64,000 bases of DNA. Source: Candidatus Nomurabacteria bacterium (GTDB lineage: Bacteria > Patescibacteriota > Minisyncoccia > Phycocordibacterales > UBA9973). How positions within the stretch are numbered: the stretch's first letter is position 1; the number at the start of each line of letters is the position of its first letter. The notes under the pieces were generated by a model. It was not told where the DNA came from and ran no database searches. It saw only the letters and a program-made list of their open reading frames with translations. The position numbers and the translations under genes were made by a program. The stretch covers positions 18,227 through 82,226 of the forward strand of contig CALQYS010000002.1 in the NCBI GenBank assembly GCA_943348755.1, written 5' to 3'. Shown here in pieces: positions 1-9,791 of the stretch.

Positions 1-53
1 TTTCGTTGTATCCAGCCGACAGATTTTTTAATTCTAGCAATTTTTCTTTCATG
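1..53 (-). CDS. livF: Partial CDS: N-terminus of a second branched-chain amino acid ABC ATPase (LivF-like); runs off the window start
   Basis: Minus-strand ATG at 53..51. Translation MKEKLLELKNLSAGYNE matches the LivF N-terminal pattern (LxxxxLSxxYG). Lies downstream of livG in the same operon orientation. Not in the ORF track because it is truncated. Confidence 0.45.
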
Positions 54-72
54 GTTTTTATAAAATATTTTT

Positions 73-130
73 AAAATCAAACTTTACTGCGTTAGGTCAT
101 AAGGATAAGGCTCTTGTAAAGTTTATTTTA
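73..130. repeat. Intergenic hairpin repeat element, copy 1 (livG-livF spacer)
   Basis: aaaatcaaactttacTGCGTTAGGTCATAAGGATAAGGCTCTTgtaaagtttatttt. A roughly 19-bp imperfect inverted repeat flanks a 28-nt conserved core. Near-identical copies at 9792-9859 and 17331-17397, and in reverse orientation at 18371-18460. Confidence 0.7.
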
Positions 131-145
131 AAAATATTTCGATAA

Positions 146-880
146 CTATTCCCCTAAATAAGCTTCTAAAACGATCTTTTCTGATAATACTTTTTCAGGA
201 TGTCCTTCGGCGAGTAATTTACCCGCATCCATAACAATTAAATGATCACATAGCTTGCGAATAATTGCCATATTGTGTTCGACCAACACGATGCTTTTTC
301 CTTCTTGCTTTAAATTTTGGATAATTTCCTCTATTTTTTTTACTGTCTCTGGAAAAAGTCCAGCAAATGGTTCATCGAAAAGAATTATTTCTGCATTCAT
401 GGCAAGTACACGCCCGATTTCAAGCAGTTTTCTCTGTCCATAGGAAAGGTCACTGGCACGGTGGGAAAGTTTTTCATGTAGACCAATTTTTCGCAGTATA
501 TCTTCTGCACATTTTAGGTGATACTGGGTGTGGCGTTCAAAAAGGGAATAAATCGGTGATCTTTCGGTCAAGACGACCAGGATGTTGTCGAGCACGGTCA
601 TTTGTTCAAAGAGGCGAATCTGTTGAAAGGTGCGAGTAATATTGTAAATCTGATTTTCCCATGACAGAATTTTATTTCTATTTACCCCAGAGAAGATTAT
701 CTCTCCGCTGTCGTGGGGGAAAAACCCAGAAAGTACATTGATAAGAGTAGTCTTGCCACTACCGTTCGGTCCGACAAGGCCAGTGATTTGTCCTTCGACA
801 ATATTAATCGAAAGATGGTCGATGGCATGCACTCCACCGAAACTTTTTACCAAATTTTTTGTTTGCAAAATATATTTCAT
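146..880 (-). CDS. livG: Branched-chain amino acid ABC transporter ATP-binding protein (LivG-like)
   Basis: Walker A GPNGSGKTT; RTFQQIRLFEQMTVLDNILV motif typical of LivG; ABC signature LSYGQRKLLEIGR; Walker B ILFDEP. Confidence 0.85.
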   Translation of the reverse strand: MKYILQTKNLVKSFGGVHAIDHLSINIVEGQITGLVGPNGSGKTTLINVLSGFFPHDSGEIIFSGVNRNKILSWENQIYNITRTFQQIRLFEQMTVLDNILVVLTERSPIYSLFERHTQYHLKCAEDILRKIGLHEKLSHRASDLSYGQRKLLEIGRVLAMNAEIILFDEPFAGLFPETVKKIEEIIQNLKQEGKSIVLVEHNMAIIRKLCDHLIVMDAGKLLAEGHPEKVLSEKIVLEAYLGE

Positions 881-886
881 AACTTA

Positions 887-1753
887 TCACAATTTATATA
901 TACCCAAGATTCCTTTTGGTCGGTAAAGCATAAAGAAAACGAGTAACAATCCGTAAATACACTGACGCATAAGTCCGACCACTTCTGTCGGGAACCCCAC
1001 GAAACGAAGCATTTCCGGGATAATGATGAGAAGTAGTGCACCAAGCAATACTCCACGAGTTTGGCCCATTCCACCCACCACGATCATGGCCCATAACAGG
1101 ATAGATTCATTAACTGTGAATAAATTTGGATCGATAAAAGTAATATAACTGGCGAAAAGTACTCCGCCGAGCGCTGATAGAGCAGCGCCAATTGTAAAAA
1201 TCATTAATTTATATCTTGATGTCTGGTAACCAAATATTTTTAGAGCATCTTCATCCTCTCGGATGGCATTTAAGGCTCTTCCAAAGGAAGAACGTTTGAT
1301 CAATTCAGATACAATGGTGACGATAATAAGGAGAAACAAAGAAAGAAAAACAAAACTCAAAGGAGTACTAAAAATAAATCCGAAAATTTGTGGTTTAGGA
1401 ATTCCAGGGATGCCGTAAGACCCATTAGTAAGTATTTCCCAATTTTTTGTTACTGTGTTAAAAATCATCAAGAATCCGAGAGTCGCAAGCATAAAGTAAT
1501 CATCTCGAAAACGGGCAAAACTTGCTCCAATGACCAAAGCGATAAGTCCAGCGATAATCGGCGCGATAAATAAAGTAGTTATAATACTTAGTCCGAGCTT
1601 GGTAGCAAAAATTGCCGCTACGTATGCACCTATGCCATAAAAAGCTGCTCCCGAAATAGCAAGTAACCCAGCTTCACCCATTACTAGATTTTGAGCCAAG
1701 GCCAAAATGCCGTATATAGAGATGAGTATAATGATGTGGAAGATGTATTCCAT
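887..1753 (-). CDS. livM: Branched-chain amino acid ABC transporter permease (LivM-like)
   Basis: 288-aa polytopic membrane protein. LivM-like LALAQNLVMGEAGLLAISGAAFYGIGAYVAAI segment. Operon context with livH and livG. Confidence 0.8.
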   Translation of the reverse strand: MEYIFHIIILISIYGILALAQNLVMGEAGLLAISGAAFYGIGAYVAAIFATKLGLSIITTLFIAPIIAGLIALVIGASFARFRDDYFMLATLGFLMIFNTVTKNWEILTNGSYGIPGIPKPQIFGFIFSTPLSFVFLSLFLLIIVTIVSELIKRSSFGRALNAIREDEDALKIFGYQTSRYKLMIFTIGAALSALGGVLFASYITFIDPNLFTVNESILLWAMIVVGGMGQTRGVLLGALLLIIIPEMLRFVGFPTEVVGLMRQCIYGLLLVFFMLYRPKGILGIYKL

Positions 1754-1766
1754 GATTTCGTTTGCA

Positions 1767-2630
1767 CTATCTCTTTAAAATTCCAGCTGGTCGAACTAAA
1801 AGCATTACTATTAAAATAATAAACGGCACTGCTTGCACCCAACTTCCACCAAAGACGACAATGGTTAACTGTTGAGCTAGGGTTAAAACAAAGGCGCCCA
1901 AAACTCCTCCCCAAAAACTTTGCATACCACCGATGACGACTGCGACAATGGTCGGAAGCATATAAATAAGACCGGAAGCAGGGATAATCCCAACATTAAA
2001 GCCAAGCATGATTCCTCCCAAACCCGCGCAAACTCCAGATACAAAGAAAATCTTTTTCAAAGTTTTTTCTTTTGGAATTCCTACCAGTTCTGCTACCTCG
2101 ATATCGTCTTCTATCGCTCTGGTTGCTCGTCCGAAACGAGTTTTGGATCGAACATAAGCCAAAAGGGGTATTACTAAAAGAGAAGTTGCCACAATAACAG
2201 CCTCGACTATGTTTAAAGTTCCACCAAATATATCTATTACTCCGATATCACTCAAATGTCGCGCGATGATCGTCGGTTGGTTGCCAAAAATCATTCCCAA
2301 GATTGCCGAAGTTGCAGTCAAAAGTCCCAATGAGGCTATTAACAGCACCAAGTTTTTAGCTTTTCTATGAAAAAGTATTTTAAAAACAAATTGGTAAGTG
2401 AGAAGTAAATAAAAGCCAGCAGTCATGCCACTTATTACCAGAGAGGGAAGAAAAGAAATACTTAATGTACGGTAAAGCCAAAACATCGTATATCCTCCGA
2501 CCAAAAACGCTCCGCCATAAGCTAGGTTAAAGAACTTTACACTACGCAAGGTAAGCCCAAAACCAACAGAAAGTAGAGAAAAAAACATTCCGGAAGAAAC
2601 TATGTATAGAATTATCTGCCAAGATAGCAT
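1767..2630 (-). CDS. livH: Branched-chain amino acid ABC transporter permease (LivH-like)
   Basis: 287-aa polytopic membrane protein. LivH-like core (LAYGGAFLVGGYTMFW). Adjacent to livM. Confidence 0.8.
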   Translation of the reverse strand: MLSWQIILYIVSSGMFFSLLSVGFGLTLRSVKFFNLAYGGAFLVGGYTMFWLYRTLSISFLPSLVISGMTAGFYLLLTYQFVFKILFHRKAKNLVLLIASLGLLTATSAILGMIFGNQPTIIARHLSDIGVIDIFGGTLNIVEAVIVATSLLVIPLLAYVRSKTRFGRATRAIEDDIEVAELVGIPKEKTLKKIFFVSGVCAGLGGIMLGFNVGIIPASGLIYMLPTIVAVVIGGMQSFWGGVLGAFVLTLAQQLTIVVFGGSWVQAVPFIILIVMLLVRPAGILKR

Positions 2631-2789
2631 GTTTATTATTATATACTATTCTTAAATTACAAAACTCGTCGCAGGCGCACTTTTTGAAGCGACTTTCGCA
2701 GGCTGGCGAGCCGAGAATGAGCAAAAAATCACCAGATTTTTATGCGACGGTTCAAAAAGTTGTGCCAAGAAAAGAGTTTTGTAATTCAA

Positions 2790-3914
2790 TTACTGTGTTA
2801 CTTCCGCAGCTTTTCCATTTTTGACTGCTTTCACTATATAAGCAGACGAAGTAGGATCTCCATTACTATCAAATTTTATTTCTTTAGCCGAAACTCCGCC
2901 AGTAAAGTTTGTTTGGTACAATGCATTTTTTATGGCCGTCGAATCAGATGAATTTGCCCGAGTCATAGCATCGGCGAGAATTTTAACTGCATCATATGCA
3001 TAGTTTGAACAATATACAAGATCATCTTTACCCAGTTTCTCTTTCATCGCTGTTTTAAAAGCTTCACTTGAGTTTGTTCCGACAACTGTGAACATCGCAC
3101 CATCGCCTAGGGTGCCGAGCTCATTCCAAATCTTTGTATCGTCCCAAGCATCTGATCCGAAGAACGTGCTTTTTATGCCCAGGTCATGCGCCTGTTTCAG
3201 AGCTGCGATAGCTGTGTCTGTGTAACTTGCTAGATAGACTGCATCCGGATTTTTTGCTTTTATTTTTGCCAATTGGGTTCTTAAATCTTTCGCATCCGCA
3301 TCAAATGAATCAGTCATAATAATTTTCCCCCCAGCTTTGGTGAAAGAATCAGTAAATGCTTTATTCAATCCATCACCCCAGTCATTCTTAATAGTTAATA
3401 AAGCAATTTTCGTTTTGTTATTTTTCATTAGATATTCGGCAGCGTATTTGGCTTGGAAGAGATCAGATGGGACATCGCGGAAAATATAATCTCCAGCCTG
3501 GCTGATCGTCGGATTCGTCGCACAGTAGGAAAGTTCGACAGTTTTTGCCGCTTCGGCGATTGGCGCTTCGCCAAGGGTCGCCCCAGAACAGACACTGCCT
3601 AAGACTGCTACTACTTTATCAGAGTTGATAAGTTTTGATATTGCGTTTGCTCCGCTTGCTCCGGTGCAAACATCATCTTCGTAGACTACTTCTAGTTTTT
3701 TCCCGAGTACGCCACCAGCTTTATTCACTTCATCGACTGAAATTGCCACTGCTGCCTGTGCATTCTCTCCAATGTTCGCCAGATCTCCAGTCAGGGGACC
3801 GACGAACCCTACTTTTATAGTATCTGAACTTCCGCTCTTAGACAGGGATGAGATACCCCAAACCACAAGAATGATTACAACCAACCACACCACCGTTTTT
3901 CCTATTTTAGTCAT
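2790..3914 (-). CDS. ABC transporter substrate-binding protein, Leu/Ile/Val-binding (type I periplasmic-binding fold), N-terminal membrane anchor
   Basis: N-terminal TM helix then IKVGFVGPLTGDLANIGENAQAAVAISVDEVNKAGGVLGKKLEVVYEDD, typical of LivJ/LivK-family binding proteins. First gene of the liv operon. Confidence 0.8.
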   Translation of the reverse strand: MTKIGKTVVWLVVIILVVWGISSLSKSGSSDTIKVGFVGPLTGDLANIGENAQAAVAISVDEVNKAGGVLGKKLEVVYEDDVCTGASGANAISKLINSDKVVAVLGSVCSGATLGEAPIAEAAKTVELSYCATNPTISQAGDYIFRDVPSDLFQAKYAAEYLMKNNKTKIALLTIKNDWGDGLNKAFTDSFTKAGGKIIMTDSFDADAKDLRTQLAKIKAKNPDAVYLASYTDTAIAALKQAHDLGIKSTFFGSDAWDDTKIWNELGTLGDGAMFTVVGTNSSEAFKTAMKEKLGKDDLVYCSNYAYDAVKILADAMTRANSSDSTAIKNALYQTNFTGGVSAKEIKFDSNGDPTSSAYIVKAVKNGKAAEVTQ

Positions 3915-4098
3915 AAAAATATAACAAACTTAAATAATAATTTAGACCCCTTCAGTTTATCAAAAATATATCATTTGTCAAATATTTTAGTCAATATACA
4001 TGTTAATAAGTCTTTGTTTTGAAAGATTATTACCCATAAGTCTATTTTTTGTGGAAAACTATTGACACAAATATACCCCATGATATATACTTACTTTT

Positions 4099-4905
4099 AT
4101 GATTCGTACAATTAAGTCAGAACACATAAAGCTTGAACAATCTCTGATAGAAATAGGCCTATCAAACAAAGAAGCAGGTGTTTACATTGCGCTACTTCTC
4201 TTGGGACATGGGACAGTCTCCCAGATATCTCGAAGCGCCAATATTAACCGCACCACTGGCTATGACATCCTGGATTCTCTCTTAGCCAAAGGATTAATCA
4301 GTATTTCCGGTAAAGAGCCAAAGCAAGAATATACTGCTGAGTCTCCAGAAAGCTTGGATAAATTTATATCAGGAGAAATCAGAAGAAAACATGAGATATT
4401 AGAGAAAACCAAAGAAATTATTCCAGAATTAAAATCAATTCACAATATAAAAGATCGGCCCAGAGTGTTTTTTTATGAGGGAAGAGAAGGACTTGAAAAA
4501 GTTTACGAAGACACCCTTACTTCAACTGAGACAATCCGAGCCTATGCCAACTTAGAATACATGAATATTGGATTACCGGGCTATTTTCCAGAATATTTTA
4601 AGAGGAGAGCAAGTCGAGGAATCTCAATCCGTGCAATTGGTCCAGAAACTGAAGATAATGTGGAATTAACCAAACGTGATATCGAGGAAAAACGCATCAC
4701 CGCCCTCGTGCCGAAAAATATTTTCGATATTTCTCCAGAAATAAATATTTATGATAACAAAGTTATGATTGCTTCTTGGAAAGAAAAACTTGGAATTATT
4801 ATCGAAAGCGAAGAAATAGCTGACAGCATGAAAAAAATATATGAATTAGCCTGGGCAGAGGCTAAGAGATTAGATAAGGAGCTGAAAAGTTCTAGTTCTC
4901 AATAG
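4099..4905 (+). CDS. TrmB-family HTH transcriptional regulator
   Basis: N-terminal TrmB-type wHTH (LIEIGLSNKEAGVYIALLLLGHGTVSQISRSANINRTTGYDILDSLLAKGLI). Divergent from the liv operon. Confidence 0.7.
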   Translation: MIRTIKSEHIKLEQSLIEIGLSNKEAGVYIALLLLGHGTVSQISRSANINRTTGYDILDSLLAKGLISISGKEPKQEYTAESPESLDKFISGEIRRKHEILEKTKEIIPELKSIHNIKDRPRVFFYEGREGLEKVYEDTLTSTETIRAYANLEYMNIGLPGYFPEYFKRRASRGISIRAIGPETEDNVELTKRDIEEKRITALVPKNIFDISPEINIYDNKVMIASWKEKLGIIIESEEIADSMKKIYELAWAEAKRLDKELKSSSSQ

Positions 4906-5527
4906 AAGGAATAAATATTTTAAATATTTTCTCGAAAAGTTTCGTACTGTAGGAAGAAAGGTTAAAAATAACTGCCAAAGTAAATAAAGTAAGTGAAAGT
5001 TTTACATTTATAAATGAAAGCGGTATCGCTATCAATGCAAAAACTACCGGGACAAGGGTGCGTACGGTACTGCCACGTATTTCATGTTGGCTTATTTCTG
5101 GATTTTTAATATGTTCAGAATAAATGACATATCCGCGCATCCAGTATAAGCAAAGACCGATCAATATTATATGTGTTCCAAACAATATAACTGAGAGCTC
5201 GTTTTCACTAAATTGTCCGAGTATGCTTGCTGAGAAGGGAACTAAACTGATGAGCATGAAGAATACTGCATTGATGTTGGTCAGCATTGAGTCCACATTT
5301 TTTGCGTAAACAGAAATGAAAAAGTGGTGCGCTCTCCAATAAGTAAAAAGTAGAGCAAAACTTAAAATATAACTGAGCAGGAGTGGTAATAATTTCTCGA
5401 TCTCATTCCAAAGACTTAAATTGTCTATCGGCCCCCATATTTCTGGGAGTTTTATTTGAAATACAAGCACTGTCATCACAATGGCAAAAATTCCGTCTGA
5501 AAGCTGATCTAGTCTTGAGTGGTTCAT
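4892..5527 (-). CDS. DUF1211/TMEM175-family membrane protein (putative K+ channel-like)
   Basis: N-terminal signature RLDQLSDGIFAIVMTVLVFQI (RxxxFSDGxFAIxxTLLV) followed by multiple TM helices. Confidence 0.55.
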   Translation of the reverse strand: MNHSRLDQLSDGIFAIVMTVLVFQIKLPEIWGPIDNLSLWNEIEKLLPLLLSYILSFALLFTYWRAHHFFISVYAKNVDSMLTNINAVFFMLISLVPFSASILGQFSENELSVILFGTHIILIGLCLYWMRGYVIYSEHIKNPEISQHEIRGSTVRTLVPVVFALIAIPLSFINVKLSLTLFTLAVIFNLSSYSTKLFEKIFKIFIPSIEN

Positions 5528-5574
5528 ACTTAGAATAATAACATAGTATAAAACTTTTTGAAAATATATTCTCC

Positions 5575-6369
5575 TTAATTAATTTCAATCAAAACAGGGC
5601 AGTGGTCTGAGCCCATGACTGCGGGGAGAATTTCCGCTTTTTTTACTTTTTTGGCTAGTTTGGGGCTGACGAAGATATAGTCTATCCTCCAGCCGATGTT
5701 CCGCGCTCGGGCGTTTGCAAAATGGCTCCACCAGGTGTAGTGCCCATTCCCTTTATTGAAAATTCTGAAAGTATCTACAAACCCTGAGTCAATTATATTT
5801 TGTATTCCTTCGCGTTCTTCATTTGTAAACCCTTTTTTGCCTATGTTTTCTTTTGGACGAGCTAGGTCATCTTCGGTGTGAGCGACATTCAAGTCTCCGC
5901 AGAAGATTACTGGTTTATTTTTCTCCAGTTCTTGCATGTATGCGAGAAATGCTGGGTCCCAATGTTTATGGCGGAGCGGAATTCGAGAGAGATCATCTTT
6001 CGCATTCGGTGTGTAGACACTCACAACGTAAAAATCTTTAAATTCGAGCGTGGTCACACGACCTTCAGTCCGTGGGTCGCCATATGCATCTGCCACAAGT
6101 CCAAATTTCTTTGAGATTTTTTCTGGGAAACCAAGTGTGATGGATAGGGGTTTTATTTTAGTAAATATGGCTGTGCCTGAGTAACCCTTTTTCTCCGCCG
6201 AGTTCCAATATTCTTCGTATTCAGGCAAATCTACCTCGCTTTGATTCTGCTGTGCCTTGGTTTCTTGCAGGCAAAGTATGTCCGGCTTGTATTTTTCAAT
6301 AAAAGGCACAAAGAGTCCCTTTTTATGCACTGCTCGTATTCCGTTTACGTTCCAAGATATTATTTTCAT
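5575..6369 (-). CDS. xth: Exodeoxyribonuclease III (AP endonuclease)
   Basis: MKIISWNVNGIRAV...ILCLQETK N-terminus; EEP-fold motifs through the C-terminal SDHCPV. Confidence 0.85.
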   Translation of the reverse strand: MKIISWNVNGIRAVHKKGLFVPFIEKYKPDILCLQETKAQQNQSEVDLPEYEEYWNSAEKKGYSGTAIFTKIKPLSITLGFPEKISKKFGLVADAYGDPRTEGRVTTLEFKDFYVVSVYTPNAKDDLSRIPLRHKHWDPAFLAYMQELEKNKPVIFCGDLNVAHTEDDLARPKENIGKKGFTNEEREGIQNIIDSGFVDTFRIFNKGNGHYTWWSHFANARARNIGWRIDYIFVSPKLAKKVKKAEILPAVMGSDHCPVLIEIN

Positions 6370-6370
6370 G

Positions 6371-7321
6371 TTAGCTCCTATTATGAAACTTTTTATGTAT
6401 ATCTCGCAAGTGTTTGTCTGTCACATGCGTGTACATCTGTGTGGTGCCTATGTTTGCATGTCCGAGCATGGCTTGGACAGAGCGAATGTCGGCGCCATTG
6501 CTAAGCAAGTCAGTGGCGAAGACATGTCGGATGACGTGCGGGGTAACTTTCTTTGAGATGCCGGCGATGGTGGCATATCGTTTCACAACTCTTTCTATCG
6601 ATCTTTTGGTGAGCCCCTCTTCTTGCTCAGAGTCTTTTGGAATTTTATTATTTTTTGATTTAAATTTTTCTTCTTCTATTTTTACAAAAAGAGCATCAGA
6701 CATATCCTTTCTGAGAGCTAGATAATCCCTTACTGCTTTTTTTGCCTCATCGGACAGAAAAACAACTCGCACCTTACCACCTTTCCCTCGGACAGAGAAT
6801 TCGTCTAGATGTAAATCCAGGTCATTTTTTAAGGAACAAAGTTCAGCAACACGTAAGCCAGTAGAGAAAAGCATTTCCAATATTGCCTTGTCCCGAGCTC
6901 TTCTTTCCGGATTTTTCTCTTTATTGGGAGCGTCAAGTAGTCTTTTCAATTCTTCTGTAGAGATAATATCTATTTGTCTTTCACCGACTTTTGCGAGTTC
7001 TATGTGGTCAGAGGGAAGGGAGGTAATGTTTCTTCTTGTTAAAAATTTAAGAAATGATCGGAGGGCGATTAAATAAAAATTTTGCGTTTTCTTTTTCATG
7101 GTTTCACCACTAGCCCGATTTTTACCGGTAGTTTGGCGATTGAGCCAAATACGAAAATCCCGCACTTTTTCATCCGTTATATCTTTTGGGTCAGAGATTT
7201 TGGTTTGGTTTATGAAAACAGTAAGATAGTGGTCATAATTTTCCACTGTTCGAATCGCTCGTCCTCTTTCGATTTCGATATATTCCAAGAATTGGGTTTT
7301 GAGCTCTTTTAGGGATGCCAT
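6371..7321 (-). CDS. Tyrosine site-specific recombinase, XerC/XerD-like
   Basis: Phage-integrase N-terminal SAM-like domain (TVENYDHYLTVF). Catalytic region HVIRHVFATDLL...GHANIGTTQMYTHV carries the R..H..R..Y signature. Carries a basic Lys-rich insertion. Confidence 0.75.
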   Translation of the reverse strand: MASLKELKTQFLEYIEIERGRAIRTVENYDHYLTVFINQTKISDPKDITDEKVRDFRIWLNRQTTGKNRASGETMKKKTQNFYLIALRSFLKFLTRRNITSLPSDHIELAKVGERQIDIISTEELKRLLDAPNKEKNPERRARDKAILEMLFSTGLRVAELCSLKNDLDLHLDEFSVRGKGGKVRVVFLSDEAKKAVRDYLALRKDMSDALFVKIEEEKFKSKNNKIPKDSEQEEGLTKRSIERVVKRYATIAGISKKVTPHVIRHVFATDLLSNGADIRSVQAMLGHANIGTTQMYTHVTDKHLRDIHKKFHNRS

Positions 7322-7352
7322 GTCTCTATTCTACCATGTCGCACAATATTTT

Positions 7353-8231
7353 TTACAGTAAATGAGATGAAAGAAACGACACAATTTCCTCCGATGTTTT
7401 CCTGGGCATTTCAAAATGAATCCAATGATGAGCATTTAATACAAGACTGCGGGTCTTTGGCGCGTGATCTGTTGGTGGGCAGGTTAAATGAGCGGACACA
7501 TAGTGGTCTTTGGCACCCGCAAAAACTAATGTGGGTATGTTAATTTTTTTCAAAGCCTCTGATTTTTTTGTTTTCTTAAAAAAACTTCCCATCCATGCTC
7601 GATAATACGAAAGAGGCGGTCGTATTGAGCAAGTGCGTGTACGTTCTGAACGTTCTATCGCCGCTTTTGCTTCGGGTGTTTTGCCTAAATCCTTTGTTAA
7701 TAGAAAATTGGTAATATATTTGCCGAAAAGTCGGGAAATAATTTCTGGTAGAAAAGGTATTTGGAAAAAGTAAATGTACCAACTTTTAAAAAACTGTTGC
7801 CGAGAGAAAAATGCCTTCGGAAAGTAATCTGGGTAGGGAGCGTTGATGGTCACTAATGCGCTTGTGAGTTCTGGATAATATTCGGCGCATTTCCAACCAA
7901 TCATCCCACCCCAATCATGCCCGATTAATACTGCTTTCTGTCCCTTTTGTAAAAAATTTAAAAGTACAGCCGCTACATCAGTCGCCAAAACTTCCAGTTT
8001 ATATTTTTCGACACCTTTCGGCTTATCTGATTTGCCGTATCCTCGCAAATCCATCGTTACAAAAAGATATTTTTTTACATTTTCTCCTAAGGTCTTTTTC
8101 AAAATAGGTAGTAAGGCATCCCAGGTTTCTTTAGTTTCTGGGAATCCATGGAGAAAAAGAATAGGGACACCGTGACCTTCATAGTTTACCGAAAGAGATA
8201 TCTCACCATTTTTTACAAAGATATGCTCCAT
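7353..8231 (-). CDS. Alpha/beta-fold hydrolase (epoxide hydrolase/haloalkane dehalogenase-like)
   Basis: ILFLHGFPETKETWDA; nucleophile elbow GHDWGG; C-terminal HW.HFE motif. Confidence 0.7.
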   Translation of the reverse strand: MEHIFVKNGEISLSVNYEGHGVPILFLHGFPETKETWDALLPILKKTLGENVKKYLFVTMDLRGYGKSDKPKGVEKYKLEVLATDVAAVLLNFLQKGQKAVLIGHDWGGMIGWKCAEYYPELTSALVTINAPYPDYFPKAFFSRQQFFKSWYIYFFQIPFLPEIISRLFGKYITNFLLTKDLGKTPEAKAAIERSERTRTCSIRPPLSYYRAWMGSFFKKTKKSEALKKINIPTLVFAGAKDHYVSAHLTCPPTDHAPKTRSLVLNAHHWIHFEMPRKTSEEIVSFLSSHLL

Positions 8232-8241
8232 GATTTATATA

Positions 8242-9384
8242 CTAGGGTTTTACTCGAATCATGTGTTTTACGACTTTTCTATATGATGGTCCGACTACGC
8301 GAGCAATCATCGATGGTTTAAGTAAGGCAAATACTCCCTTTGCCGCGATGGCTTTATGGATAAAGGCAGAACAGGCTTTTAGCATAGCTATTCTCTTATA
8401 ACGACGTTTCCAGTATGCAAAAAGTGCTTGATCAATTGAGTCATTTTGGGCAATTTCTTCAGCCAAGACATAAGCATCTTCCATGGCCGTCGATGCTCCC
8501 ATGCCGAGAATTGGAGAGAGTGCGTGCACTGCATCACCCAAGAGCACTATTCTATTTTTATACCATAAACCATGTTTCACTTCGTCATCGTCGTGATGAA
8601 ATATTTCAGCGCTGTTGTTTGGGAAATGTTTTAGTATTTCATCAATCACCGGGTTTTTACCTTTGAAGTCCTTCTCGATTTCTTTTAGGGCCATTTGAGG
8701 GTCAGTGTATGAGTGTTCTCTTGCCGAGACTCCAAAAAAGGCTGCGGTAGCATGTTCGGGTTTTTTACTTGGGAAAATACTAAAGAATTTTTTCCGGCCA
8801 ATATACTGCACTACTTCATCCGGCACTCCTTCTGGTCTTGGCATCCACACCAGCCAGAAAGTGAGGCCCGTATAAGCTGGTTCGATCTTTGGGGCAATTT
8901 CTTTACGTATACTGGAACCAATGCCGTCTGCTGCCACAACCAAATCATACCGATCTTTCGTACCATCGCTCAATACTACATCTACCCCGAGAACATCTTC
9001 AGTGAAATGTGCAAGAGTCGTATTCATACGTATATCAGTATCTTTATTTAGATCAACCAAAGTAAAGTGCAAAGTAGATCTTTCAGTTTCAATTGCCGGC
9101 AAATCAGATCCTAATTCAGAAAAGGGGAACCCCCACATATCATGATCCTGTATATTTCTGATCGTATAGTGGTTTAGTATTTTGCCTTTTTCAATCAGGG
9201 TTTGATGTACTCCCAGATACCTCAAAATTGAAAGACCATTTGGAAAAAGACCGAGTACATAGCCAATCGTTTTCCACTCGGGGCATTTTTCAATCACCGT
9301 TGCTTGGATACCCCTCTTCTTTAAACAAGCAGCGAGAGTCAAACCGCCAATTCCACCACCGACTATAAGTATCTTTTTTGACAT
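8242..9384 (-). CDS. FAD-dependent monooxygenase (UbiH/salicylate-hydroxylase family)
   Basis: Rossmann ILIVGGGIGGLTLA; ADGIGSSIR; GDAVHALSPILGMGASTAMEDAYVLAEEI. Confidence 0.7.
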   Translation of the reverse strand: MSKKILIVGGGIGGLTLAACLKKRGIQATVIEKCPEWKTIGYVLGLFPNGLSILRYLGVHQTLIEKGKILNHYTIRNIQDHDMWGFPFSELGSDLPAIETERSTLHFTLVDLNKDTDIRMNTTLAHFTEDVLGVDVVLSDGTKDRYDLVVAADGIGSSIRKEIAPKIEPAYTGLTFWLVWMPRPEGVPDEVVQYIGRKKFFSIFPSKKPEHATAAFFGVSAREHSYTDPQMALKEIEKDFKGKNPVIDEILKHFPNNSAEIFHHDDDEVKHGLWYKNRIVLLGDAVHALSPILGMGASTAMEDAYVLAEEIAQNDSIDQALFAYWKRRYKRIAMLKACSAFIHKAIAAKGVFALLKPSMIARVVGPSYRKVVKHMIRVKP

Positions 9385-9515
9385 TTAATCTTTATTAACT
9401 ATTAACTGTTATGCAATTCTAGCCATTATATCAAAATAATCCAAATAATAAGAGCTCAAAAGTCACCAAGACGTACAAAACCCAATACTTGCGCAAAAAT
9501 ACTTTTTATGCTAAT

Positions 9516-9788
9516 ATGAAGCCCATGTTAGCAACCAAGAAAAAGCAGACAATTATTAAGAAAAATCAGATTCATGACAAAGACACAGGCTCTCCAGAGG
9601 TGCAGGTGGCTGTTATTTCTGCTGCGATCGATGAATTAGCGAAGCATTTAAAGAAACATAAGAAAGATAATCATTCTCGCCGAGGTCTTATCAAGATGGT
9701 GGCTGACAGGCGTACCCATTTGAAATATTTAGAAAGAACTAACAAAGCTCGCTACAACGCTCTAATCAAGAAGATAGAGCTTGTGTAG
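9516..9788 (+). CDS. rpsO: 30S ribosomal protein S15
   Basis: DTGSPEVQVAVISAAIDELAKHLKKHKKDNHSRRGLIKMVADRR matches the S15 consensus. Start placed at the first ATG (9516); the ORF-track start at 9489 is TTG-initiated. Confidence 0.85.
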   Translation: MKPMLATKKKQTIIKKNQIHDKDTGSPEVQVAVISAAIDELAKHLKKHKKDNHSRRGLIKMVADRRTHLKYLERTNKARYNALIKKIELV

Positions 9789-9791
9789 AAA

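Noticed and set aside
3915-4098. Possible riboswitch or T-box in the liv leader, or SAM riboswitch before metK
   Set aside because: The leaders are short (metK under 80 nt). No conserved riboswitch cores (T-box AGGGUGGNACCGCG, SAM-I kink-turn) were recognisable.
6371-7321. Tyrosine recombinase as marker of an integrated mobile element
   Set aside because: There are no flanking direct repeats, tRNA or attachment-site signatures, and the neighbours are housekeeping genes (xth, hydrolase). The motifs fit chromosomal XerC/XerD-type dimer resolution.
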